Source of the DNA: an uncultured Rhabdothermincola sp.
Lineage (GTDB): Bacteria > Actinomycetota > Acidimicrobiia > Acidimicrobiales > Acidimicrobilacustridaceae
Direction of reading: 5' to 3'
Assembly (NCBI GenBank): GCA_964525005.1
Contig: CAZGEF010000002.1
Coordinates: forward strand, 183 to 64,182
Length of the DNA: 64,000 nt
Positions 1 to 7,592 of this stretch are shown here, piece after piece. The translations under genes were made by a program, and so were the position numbers. Numbering within the stretch: the stretch's first letter is position 1; each line of letters starts with the position of its first letter. The notes beneath the pieces were generated by a model. It did not search any database. It saw only the letters and a program-made list of their open reading frames with translations, and was not told where the DNA came from.

Positions 1-413
1 ATCGCCTCCTGCTCGAGGTCCACGAGCGCCCGGGCGCGAGTGAGGAGCGCCTCGATCTCCGCCTCGTCCACAAGCGGCGGCGGCACGGTGTCGAACCCGT
101 CGAGCAACGAGCGCTTCACCGAGACGATCCCCGCGTCGACGACCGGGTCCTCGACACCGGTGGGGACCTCACCGCCACCGGCGAAGGCGGGCGAACCGGC
201 CGCGGCGTCCCAGCAACGTGCGTTCGCGGCCAGGACGAAGGCCTGGTGCTGCGCTTCCGCATCGCCACTGGTGGTCGCGGTCATGACCTGCTCGAGCGTG
301 GACGGGGTCGTCGACCCGCTCGGCACCTCGCTCGGTGCGGCGCGGCACCCGACGCCGAGGGTGCCGATGGCCCCCAGGACCGTGGCCAGGGTTCTGCGAG
401 ATCGCCGTTGCAC
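1..413 (-). CDS. Putative lipoprotein, N-terminal part only (gene runs off the left edge)
   Basis: Absent from the ORF track because it has no stop in the window. The reverse strand from GTG 413-411 reads VQRRSRRTLATVLGAIGTLGVGCRAAPSEVPSG... This shows a basic n-region, a hydrophobic core and a Cys in a lipobox-like context. GGAGA lies about 7 nt upstream and third codon positions are G/C-rich. No family recognised. Confidence 0.45.
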   Translation of the reverse strand, partial: MQRRSRRTLATVLGAIGTLGVGCRAAPSEVPSGSTTPSTLEQVMTATTSGDAEAQHQAFVLAANARCWDAAAGSPAFAGGGEVPTGVEDPVVDAGIVSVKRSLLDGFDTVPPPLVDEAEIEALLTRARALVDLEQEA

Positions 414-510
414 GAAGGGTCTCCGTTCGACGACCCGAGGTTACGACACGGCCTCGACCGGCGGTCCGGGCCCACCCTGTTGCCCGTGCCGCGTGCCGAT
501 CGAGCACTGA

Positions 511-1332
511 TCACCGCGGATCCGACCGGTGCACGAGCGCACGGTCGGTCGCGAGCAGGAGGAGGTCCTCGTAGCGCCCGTCGATGAACTCGTGCTCGGT
601 CAGACGTCCCTCGATGCGGAAGAGTCGGTCGACCCCGGAGCGGAACGCCGCCAGGTTCGACTCGAGCACCTCGGCGTAGACCTTGCGCAGGTCGTACTGG
701 TCGAACAGGTGCCGGACCAGGAGCAGCGTTCCCTCGGGAACCGCGCCCGTGGACCGGTGATCGGGGTCGCAGACCGCAGTCAGGTGCACGTGGCGATTGC
801 GGAAGTCGGGTTGGATCGCTGCGACCCATCCCGCCGCCATGCCGCCCCGCGTCTGCACGATGAACTGGGTGAGCACGCCGTCCCACATGAGGTGCCGCGC
901 TCGCTCGGGGCTGAGCGTCCCGCCCCGGAGGCGATACCCCACGAGGTTCTCGGGGGCGAGCAGCCACGACGCTAGGAGGTCCTCGTGGCGGGGTCCGACG
1001 GGTCTCAGCTCGACCGTCGGTCCGTGCAACGACGGTCGCGGTCGCGCCCCGGGGAGCGACGCGTCGGTGTCGCCTCGAGCGTCGACCACCCGCTGGCCGA
1101 CCCAGGACCACAGGTCCCCGATGGTGCGAACCGATGCCACGAGCTCGGGTTCGAGGTCGACGCCGCGATCGTCGGCCCACGCCACGACCTCCATGAGCGT
1201 CAGCGAATCCCACCCCAGCCCGGCGAGCTCGGTGCTGTCGGGACCGTCGACCGGGACCTCGAGGTCGGTGCTGATGGCCGCCAGGAACTCCTGGCGTGTC
1301 GAAGAGGACGGCCGGCCGGTGACCGTGGTCAT
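511..1332 (-). CDS. Carrier-protein (ACP/PCP-like) domain fused to a GNAT (RimJ/RimL-like) N-acyltransferase domain
   Basis: The N-terminal ~85 aa carry the phosphopantetheine-attachment motif LGWDSLTLMEVV. The C-terminal ~170 aa look GNAT-like (VELRPV..., HRSTGAV..., GRYEDLLLLA). The ATG overlaps the stop of the upstream gene by 4 nt (ATGA at 1329-1332). Confidence 0.75.
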   Translation of the reverse strand: MTTVTGRPSSSTRQEFLAAISTDLEVPVDGPDSTELAGLGWDSLTLMEVVAWADDRGVDLEPELVASVRTIGDLWSWVGQRVVDARGDTDASLPGARPRPSLHGPTVELRPVGPRHEDLLASWLLAPENLVGYRLRGGTLSPERARHLMWDGVLTQFIVQTRGGMAAGWVAAIQPDFRNRHVHLTAVCDPDHRSTGAVPEGTLLLVRHLFDQYDLRKVYAEVLESNLAAFRSGVDRLFRIEGRLTEHEFIDGRYEDLLLLATDRALVHRSDPR

Positions 1333-1859
1333 GGGTGGTAGGAGGTCGACGACGTCCTGTCGTTCATCGCCGCGGACAGGTTGTGCAGACCCGTGCCGGT
1401 CACGTGGTTGTCACCGTCCTGGCTGTATCCGTCGAAGTGCTTCACCGATCCGCACGCCACGGTCCTCGTGCTCGAGATCCGGTTGTCCCACCCCGACCCG
1501 CCGAGCGACAGGGTGGGCCCGGCGCAGGTGGACCCGGTGACGTGCAGGGCCAGGCCCAGGCCACCGCTGTGCTCGTAGTGGATGGCGAGGGTGAGGCTCT
1601 GCGCGGCGGCCAGCAGCTCGGCGGGTGACCCGTAGGGATCGACGCTCCGGCCGATCGACTCGATCGCGTCGAGCTCGGTGGTGAAGCACTCGATCTCCGA
1701 CGTCGCCCCGGCGGCGATCTCATCGGCGGTGAACGCGGCGGTGACGCAGTGGGTCAGCTCGACGGACGCGGCGAGGGCAGGCTGCCCCTCGGCCACCGGT
1801 GCGGCGATCGAGGTGAGCAACGCACCGGCGGCGAGGGCGATGGGCATGGATGGCGACAT
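1329..1859 (-). CDS. Secreted protein with beta/gamma-crystallin / inhibitor-I36-like 'NDRxSS' motifs
   Basis: The ATG at 1859 is preceded by GGAG 6 nt upstream (the track ORF starts earlier, at 1892). The signal peptide is MSPSMPIALAAGALLTSIAAPVAEG. The C-terminal half has GWDNRISSTR and MNDRTSSTSY plus conserved Cys, reminiscent of Greek-key beta/gamma-crystallin-type domains. Confidence 0.6.
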   Translation of the reverse strand: MSPSMPIALAAGALLTSIAAPVAEGQPALAASVELTHCVTAAFTADEIAAGATSEIECFTTELDAIESIGRSVDPYGSPAELLAAAQSLTLAIHYEHSGGLGLALHVTGSTCAGPTLSLGGSGWDNRISSTRTVACGSVKHFDGYSQDGDNHVTGTGLHNLSAAMNDRTSSTSYHP

Positions 1860-1933
1860 GTGCGACTCCTGAAGCGCAGGTTCTCTTTCCAATTAGAACT
1901 TGGCTCTGAGGACCCCTCGCGGTTGCAAATTTC

Positions 1934-2995
1934 TCAATTCCTGGAGTCGGTGGAGATGCGCTGGCTCCCGTAGCGGGTGATCTTGGCGGCTCGCTCGAGG
2001 CCGGACGGGTCCAAGCCGGCCGGGTCCAGGCCTGGCATCGGGTAGCCGATGTACAGCGCGACCGGCGCGCCCGAGGCTCGGTCGAGCGCGACCGTCCACC
2101 GGCCCATCGACGACTCGCCCTCGATGGTCAGCGCGTCGGGGTAGCCGGGGACCGTCGCCCCCCCAGCGGGCGCACCGGAGAACTGCTCGAGCACCTCCAG
2201 CGCCGCCGAACGGGTGCCGGGCCTGGCGACGATCGACGCCGCGAGGTCGACGTAGATCTCGACGCCGTCGTCGACACCGGACCCGAGGTGGGCGGCGACG
2301 GCACGCCGCAGGTCGCCCGGAGCCTCCGGCAGGCCGCGCAGGGCGTCGTAGGTGAAGCCCATGAACGTGAGCGAACCAGGATCGGTGGACTCCGTGCGGG
2401 TGACCGCCGGCGGCACCCCACTGGTGGGGTGATCGACCGGGACCTCGGTGGTCGCGAACTCCTGGGCGCCAGTTCCGTCGTTCGCGGTCCACTGCGCCTC
2501 GTAGATGACGACATCGGTTCCCGAGTCGGGCGCGCCCGCCGAGCGCAGGAACCTCTCCTGCTGCCAGTACTCGCCGTCGCCGAGGACCACGTCCGGGCTC
2601 GTGCCGAGACGTCCCGCCATCTCCTGGAGGGTCGGCGGCGCGACGGCGTCGCGGGTCGAGGCGGTGACGAACCAGGCGGTGATGACCACGAGGACGAACG
2701 CCGCAGCGACGGACAGCCAGACGAAGCTCCGCCGGCGCCCGTCGGCCTCGCGCGGGTAGGCGGCGTCCAGGTCGGGTCCGGCGCCCGTCGAGGCCAGGGG
2801 CCGCGTCGGGACGGGTACCCGCGAGGGTGGCCGGCCCCCCGTCCCGCCGGCGACCATCCCGGCGAGCGGGACATCGCCGTGCTCGTCGGGATCGCCGCTC
2901 ACGAGCTCGGCGAGCCTCGCCGCGACGCGGTGGTCGTCGGCCTCGGTGACCTCGAAGTCGGCCGGCGGCAGTCCGAGCTCTTCGGGTTCGATCAT
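1934..2995 (-). CDS. Single-pass membrane protein, putative anti-sigma factor partner (no ZAS motif)
   Basis: The start MIEPEELG at 2995 overlaps the sigma stop by 4 nt (ATGA). There is one TM helix (FVWLSVAAAFVLVVITAWFVTA) followed by a ~230-aa extracytoplasmic domain. The position is typical of an anti-sigma, but no HxxxCxxC is present. The upstream part of track ORF 1934..3331 is out-of-gene read-through. Confidence 0.6.
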   Translation of the reverse strand: MIEPEELGLPPADFEVTEADDHRVAARLAELVSGDPDEHGDVPLAGMVAGGTGGRPPSRVPVPTRPLASTGAGPDLDAAYPREADGRRRSFVWLSVAAAFVLVVITAWFVTASTRDAVAPPTLQEMAGRLGTSPDVVLGDGEYWQQERFLRSAGAPDSGTDVVIYEAQWTANDGTGAQEFATTEVPVDHPTSGVPPAVTRTESTDPGSLTFMGFTYDALRGLPEAPGDLRRAVAAHLGSGVDDGVEIYVDLAASIVARPGTRSAALEVLEQFSGAPAGGATVPGYPDALTIEGESSMGRWTVALDRASGAPVALYIGYPMPGLDPAGLDPSGLERAAKITRYGSQRISTDSRN

Positions 2996-3549
2996 CTGAC
3001 GACTCCTCCGGACCGCGGTCCGCGCAGGTGGTCCAGTCGCGCCCGGGCACGGCTCACCCGGGACTTCACCGTTCCCACGGGCATGTCGAGCACAGATCCG
3101 ATCTCCTCGAAGGTGAGACGGCCGTAGCCGAGCAGCATCACGATCTCCTGGTCGATCGGGTCGAGCGCGGCCAGCAGGTCCCTTGTCGCCGCCTGCGCAT
3201 CGACACGAGCCACCACCGCGTCCTCGTCCAGGTAGTCGACCGACGTCGTGACCCGCCCGTAGGGCTGGGAGCGAACGCCTTCCCTGCGGTGGAAGCCGCG
3301 CGACACGTTGCGGGCGATGCCGAACAGCCACGACCGTGGGGTGCCACGGGCGTGGTCGTAGCTGATCCGCTCCCGCCAGGCCTCGGCGAACACCTGAGCG
3401 GTCAGATCATCGGCCTGATGATGTCCGACCCGGGAGGTGACGTAGCGGAACACGAAGTGGCGGTTCTCGAGGAACAGCGCTTCGAACTCGGGCGCGGTCC
3501 AACCTCGCGCCCCGTCTCGGATCGAAGCGCTCACCTCGAAGGTCCGCAT
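2992..3549 (-). CDS. ECF (sigma-70 family group IV) RNA polymerase sigma factor
   Basis: Region 2 reads DDLTAQVFAEAWRE...WLFGIARNV. Region 4 HTH reads TFEEIGSVLDMPVGTVKSRVSRARARL. Confidence 0.9.
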   Translation of the reverse strand: MRTFEVSASIRDGARGWTAPEFEALFLENRHFVFRYVTSRVGHHQADDLTAQVFAEAWRERISYDHARGTPRSWLFGIARNVSRGFHRREGVRSQPYGRVTTSVDYLDEDAVVARVDAQAATRDLLAALDPIDQEIVMLLGYGRLTFEEIGSVLDMPVGTVKSRVSRARARLDHLRGPRSGGVVR

Positions 3550-3675
3550 GCCCCGACGCCGATGGTGGCACCGTTCGACGTCGATCTCGGCCCGCTCCGC
3601 ACACCTCAGAGCGTACCGTCGACCCCCAGCGAGAGACGCACGCGCCGGGTCGGCCGCGCCCGGCCGGACCAGCGC

Positions 3676-6234
3676 TCAGCGGTCGCCCGGCTCCACGGTG
3701 ATCGACACCACCGAGGTGACATCGGCCGAAGATCGGCCGATGTGGAGGTCGTAGGTGCCGGCGTCGACGATCCAACCCTGCGGGTCGAGCCCGGTCGGAG
3801 GTGGCATCCAGGCCGCATCGGTGGACTGGCGGGCCAGGAGCGCCGCGTAGGTGGGGTCGGCCACCGCCCATCGGGCGAAGCTGCGATCGGTGAGCTCGAC
3901 GTGCACCACGGTGGACTCCCCGGGTTCGAGCGCCACCTTGGCGAAGGCCTTGAGCTCCTTCGCTGGACGGAACACCTTCGGCGCGCCCGGTGCGACGTAG
4001 ACCTGGACGACCTCGGTGCCCGGGCGGGACCCCACGTTGGTGACCGGTACGGACACCGTCAGGGCCTCACCCCGGACGAACGTCGTCGCCGACAGGCCGG
4101 GCGGTCCGATCTCGAAGGTGCTGTACGAGAGGCCGTGCCCGAACGGGAACGCGACATCGAGGCCGCGCGACTCGTACCAGCGGTAGCCGACGAGCACCCG
4201 TTCGCCGTAGCGGATGGTGCCGCCCTCGCCCGGGAAGTTGCCCCAGGTCGGGTTGTGCTCGAGCCGGAGCGGGATGGTGGTCGGCAGCCGACCGCCGGGA
4301 TCTGCATCGCCGACCAGCACCTCGGCGAGCGCGTCGGCGAGCTCGATGCCCCCGAACCAGCACTGCACCAGGGCCCGGCAGCGGTCGGCCCACGGCACGG
4401 TCACCACCGAGCCCACGTTCAGCACGACCACGGCGTCGGGCGCCACGTCGAGGACGCGCTCGACGAGCTCGTCCTGACGTCCCGGCAGCCCCATGGCGTC
4501 GCGGTCGTGACCCTCGGTCTCCCAGTCGCCGTCGGTGCCGACCACGACGACGACCGCGTCGGCGTCGCGTGCCGCCGCGACCGCTCGTTCGATCCCGTCG
4601 GCGTCGACCGCAGGACGGAGACCCAGCTTGGCCCCCGCCACGAGACCGGTGCGGGTCACCGTCGACTCGAGGACGAGCCGCACCGGACGATCCGGCGTGA
4701 GGTCGAGGTCGATGGTCTGCTCGCGCCGGGCCATGCCGAAGAAGTCGGCGCCGGCGGGAAGGTCGCCTGTCGAGTCCTCCAGCACCACCTCGCCGTCGAC
4801 CAGGAGTCGGGCCGGTTCGGTCTCGACGAGCGACAGGGTCCAGCGCCCCGCCTCGCCGACGGTCAGGTCCGCCGTGGCCCGCCACGAGCACCCGGGGCCC
4901 CGGTCGAGATCGATGTCGGGTGGTCCCCCGAACCAGGTGACCGATCCCGCCGCCACGGTCTCGGACGCCAAGAGGCGGCCGCCGAGGTCGCCGGGCGCGA
5001 AGCACTCCACCCGCATGCCCGGTTCGCCGTCGATGCTGAGCCAGCCAGCCGGGATCTCGGGAGTCGTCAGCGAGATGTCGACCGCCGGTTCGTGCACGAC
5101 CTCCACCCCGTCGCCCATCCGGTCGCGCAACGCGTCCAGCGGCGACCGCGGGGTCGGCACCGACAAGCTCGCCGATCCGCCACCCATGATCACCGCTCGG
5201 CCCGCGTTGGGTCCGATCACCGCGACCCGCCGGATCGTCGTGGCGTCCAAGGGCAGCACGTCGTCGTTGCGCAGCAGCACGGTGGCAGCCACCGCGGCCT
5301 CCCGTGCCACCGCCCGGTGCTCGGGCAGGTCCAGAGACCGCGGCGCGGCCGGTGCGTCGTCGAGGGCCCCGATCCTGTCGAACACCCCGAGCAGGCGCGC
5401 GACCGCGGCATCGACGTCTGCCACGTCGACCTCGCCGCCGCGCACGGCATCGGCGAGTGCCGGTCCGTAGGCCCGTCCGGGACCGGGCATCTCCAGGTCG
5501 AGCCCCGCGTCGATCGCGGCCGCGGTGTCGGCGAAGCCGAACCAGTCGGAGATCACGAACCCTTCGAAGCCCCACTCGCTCCGGAGCACGTCGTCGAGCA
5601 ACCACCGACTGCCCGTGCAGTACTCGCCGTTGAGCCGGTTGTACGACGTCATCACCCCGAGCGCAGCTCCTTCGGTGACCGCGAGCTCGAAGGGCAACAG
5701 GTGCAGCTCGCGCAGGGTCCGCTCGTCGACGACCGTGTCGACCACCATCCGGCCGTCCTCTGACTCGTTGCCGGCGAAGTGCTTCACCGTGCACGCGACT
5801 CCCTCGGCCTGGGCCCCCCGCACGAACGCCGCTCCCAGGCGGCCGGCGAGCAGCGGATCCTCCGAGTACGACTCGAAGTTGCGACCCCCGAGGGGCGACC
5901 GGTGCAGGTTCACCGTCGGAGCGAGCAGCACCCGGCACGCCTTCAGGCGCGCCTCGGCACCGATCACGCCGCCGACGCGCGCCAGCAGCTCGACGTCCCA
6001 CGTCGCGCCGAGCGCGGCACCCGAAGGCACGCAGGTGGACGTGGACGCCGACTCGCCGCCCACGCTCGACGGGAGGTCGGGGCCCCGAGCGCCGTTCGGT
6101 CCGTCGGTCACGAAGACGGCGGGAAGGCCGAGGCGTTCGACGCCCACGGTCGACCACAGATCGGCACCGGCGAGCAGCGCCGCCTTCTCGTCGAGATCGA
6201 GCGCGGCGACCAGGGAAGCGATGTCACGAGCCAT
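3676..6234 (-). CDS. Glycoside hydrolase family 3 beta-glucosidase with PA14-like insertion
   Basis: 852 aa. Contains KHFAGNESE, the nucleophile context FVISDWFGF and a C-terminal fibronectin-like domain. A PA14-like segment is inserted (WRATADLTVGEAGRWTLSL...). Confidence 0.92.
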   Translation of the reverse strand: MARDIASLVAALDLDEKAALLAGADLWSTVGVERLGLPAVFVTDGPNGARGPDLPSSVGGESASTSTCVPSGAALGATWDVELLARVGGVIGAEARLKACRVLLAPTVNLHRSPLGGRNFESYSEDPLLAGRLGAAFVRGAQAEGVACTVKHFAGNESEDGRMVVDTVVDERTLRELHLLPFELAVTEGAALGVMTSYNRLNGEYCTGSRWLLDDVLRSEWGFEGFVISDWFGFADTAAAIDAGLDLEMPGPGRAYGPALADAVRGGEVDVADVDAAVARLLGVFDRIGALDDAPAAPRSLDLPEHRAVAREAAVAATVLLRNDDVLPLDATTIRRVAVIGPNAGRAVIMGGGSASLSVPTPRSPLDALRDRMGDGVEVVHEPAVDISLTTPEIPAGWLSIDGEPGMRVECFAPGDLGGRLLASETVAAGSVTWFGGPPDIDLDRGPGCSWRATADLTVGEAGRWTLSLVETEPARLLVDGEVVLEDSTGDLPAGADFFGMARREQTIDLDLTPDRPVRLVLESTVTRTGLVAGAKLGLRPAVDADGIERAVAAARDADAVVVVVGTDGDWETEGHDRDAMGLPGRQDELVERVLDVAPDAVVVLNVGSVVTVPWADRCRALVQCWFGGIELADALAEVLVGDADPGGRLPTTIPLRLEHNPTWGNFPGEGGTIRYGERVLVGYRWYESRGLDVAFPFGHGLSYSTFEIGPPGLSATTFVRGEALTVSVPVTNVGSRPGTEVVQVYVAPGAPKVFRPAKELKAFAKVALEPGESTVVHVELTDRSFARWAVADPTYAALLARQSTDAAWMPPPTGLDPQGWIVDAGTYDLHIGRSSADVTSVVSITVEPGDR

Positions 6235-6691
6235 GCCCCATCACTAGCCCACCCGCCCGCCGACCGCAGCCCGGTCTGCCAGGGTGAGGCGACAGCTGCC
6301 GGCGTTCGATCCGCTCGACCGCAGAGCGGTGACCGATCGTTCCGTCGGCGTACCCGGTGGCGACGTCCACATCGACCAACCACGAGATCTGCCCGCAGAA
6401 CGCGTGGGTGACGGGCACGTCGAGGAACGGTCCGTCCTCGCACGTCGGCAACGACCCGGTCACCACGCGCGACACGGTGCCCATCGGGCCGCCAACGGAC
6501 GGGCCGTCGCCCCCGTCGACGAATCCGGTCGTCGTGAACCACACGGTGCCCACCGGTGGAGCGACGTCGGCCGAGTACGCGGCGACGGCCGCGGTCGGGG
6601 TCGGAACCAGCAGGCCCGCCACGGCGGCCACGGTCCCCACGGTGGCGGCGAGCCGCCGCCATCGGGATGATCCGACGTCTTTCGTTCGCAT
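6224..6691 (-). CDS. Hypothetical secreted protein (Tat/Sec-like leader)
   Basis: Starts MRTKDVGSSRWRRLAATVGTVAAVAGLLVPTPTAAVAA. An internal FLDVPVTHAFCGQISWLVDVDVATGYADGT resembles the first half of an SLH repeat, but the second half is missing. It overlaps the GH3 start by 11 nt. Confidence 0.4.
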   Translation of the reverse strand: MRTKDVGSSRWRRLAATVGTVAAVAGLLVPTPTAAVAAYSADVAPPVGTVWFTTTGFVDGGDGPSVGGPMGTVSRVVTGSLPTCEDGPFLDVPVTHAFCGQISWLVDVDVATGYADGTIGHRSAVERIERRQLSPHPGRPGCGRRAGGLVMGHGS

Positions 6692-6871
6692 GACGCTCCG
6701 CTGGCTGACGGGTGCCCACCGTGTGGCACGGGTCACCACACTTGGCCCACCAGCAGCCCCAGACGGTGAGCCCCGCCCAACCGAAGGAACGAAGACGAGC
6801 TCGAGGAGGAACCCGCCGGACTGGGTCGCCCGCGATCCCCCCGAGAACGACTCAGGCGACGCGGGGAAATT

Positions 6872-6886
6872 TGAGACTTGGTGTCA
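6872..6886. promoter_or_regulatory. Imperfect palindrome TGAGAC-ttg-GTGTCA in the A/T-richer patch upstream of the TetR gene; candidate TetR operator
   Basis: Half sites match 5 of 6. It is embedded in gaaatttgagacttggtgtcattttgg, 32 nt upstream of the TetR start. TetR regulators commonly autoregulate through such palindromes. Confidence 0.35.
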
Positions 6887-6917
6887 TTTTGGACCCGGTC
6901 CCGATAGCTTCGGCCCG

Positions 6918-7592
6918 ATGTCCACGACGGCCACCGCCTCCACCCTGGGACTGCGCGAGCGCAAGAAGCTCCGGACACGCCAGGAGCTGCGCGCCGTCGC
7001 GCTCCGGCTCTTCGTCGAACATGGCTTCGACGCCGTGACGATCGACGAGATCGCGTCGGACGCCGACGTCTCCAAGTCCACCTTCTACCGCTACTTCGAG
7101 TCCAAGGAAGACGTCCTGCTCGGCGACAAGTCCGAGGCGCTCGGACTCCTGCGGGACGCGCTCGCCCGACGACCCGCCGACGAGCTGCCGGTCGAGGCGG
7201 CGCGGCAGGCCTACCTGGAGGTGGCTCCCCTCCTCGAGTACGACCGGGACCAGAAGCTCGCCGTGGCCCGGATCTCGCGCTCTACGCCATCGCTCGCCGC
7301 CCGCAACCTCGAGCACCAGGCGGCCTTCGAGCAGCTGCTGCGCGACGACTTCTCCCGGAGGGTCGCCGACCGATCATCCACGTTGCACACCTGGGTGCTC
7401 GCCGCCCAGGTGATCGCCGCGATGCACGCGGCGGTCGACTACTGGCTCGACCAGGGCGGCGAACAGGACCTGCCCGACGTCATGGACGAGGCCCTACGTG
7501 GCCTCGTCGGTGCCACCGCTGCCGCCACCGACCCGTGCACGACGACCTCACCCACGACCTCCCCCACCACCTCGCCCGAGGCAGCCCGATGA
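6918..7592 (+). CDS. TetR family transcriptional regulator
   Basis: The N-terminal HTH is RERKKLRTRQELRAVALRLFVEHGFDAVTIDEIASDADVSKSTFYRYF. The C-terminal tail is TTSPTTSPTTSP. The stop overlaps the MFS start (ATGA 7589-7592). The upstream part of track ORF 6357.. is not coding. Confidence 0.9.
   Translation: MSTTATASTLGLRERKKLRTRQELRAVALRLFVEHGFDAVTIDEIASDADVSKSTFYRYFESKEDVLLGDKSEALGLLRDALARRPADELPVEAARQAYLEVAPLLEYDRDQKLAVARISRSTPSLAARNLEHQAAFEQLLRDDFSRRVADRSSTLHTWVLAAQVIAAMHAAVDYWLDQGGEQDLPDVMDEALRGLVGATAAATDPCTTTSPTTSPTTSPEAAR

Noticed and set aside
3550-3675. ECF-type autoregulatory promoter (GGAAC-N16/17-CGT) upstream of the sigma gene
   Set aside because: Only cGAAC-N14-CGTC is present, with wrong spacing, and it sits immediately against the start codon. 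This is not convincing without TSS data.
3028-5763. 911-aa ORF on the plus strand; similar very long ORFs at 10046..12520(-), 32436..35924(+), 40143..42962(+), 50846..54268(+) and 52203..54173(-), plus many more
   Set aside because: They lie antisense or out of frame to genes with clear family motifs. Their translations are Arg/Pro/Gly/Asp-rich low-complexity strings with no recognisable domains. This is the expected stop-codon-poor artefact of very high G+C DNA.
6224-6691. Calling this ORF an S-layer-homology (SLH) domain protein
   Set aside because: Only the first half of an SLH-like motif (F.DV...H.F...I.W......GY.DGT) is present, and the expected second half is missing in every frame. 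I kept it as a low-confidence hypothetical secreted protein.
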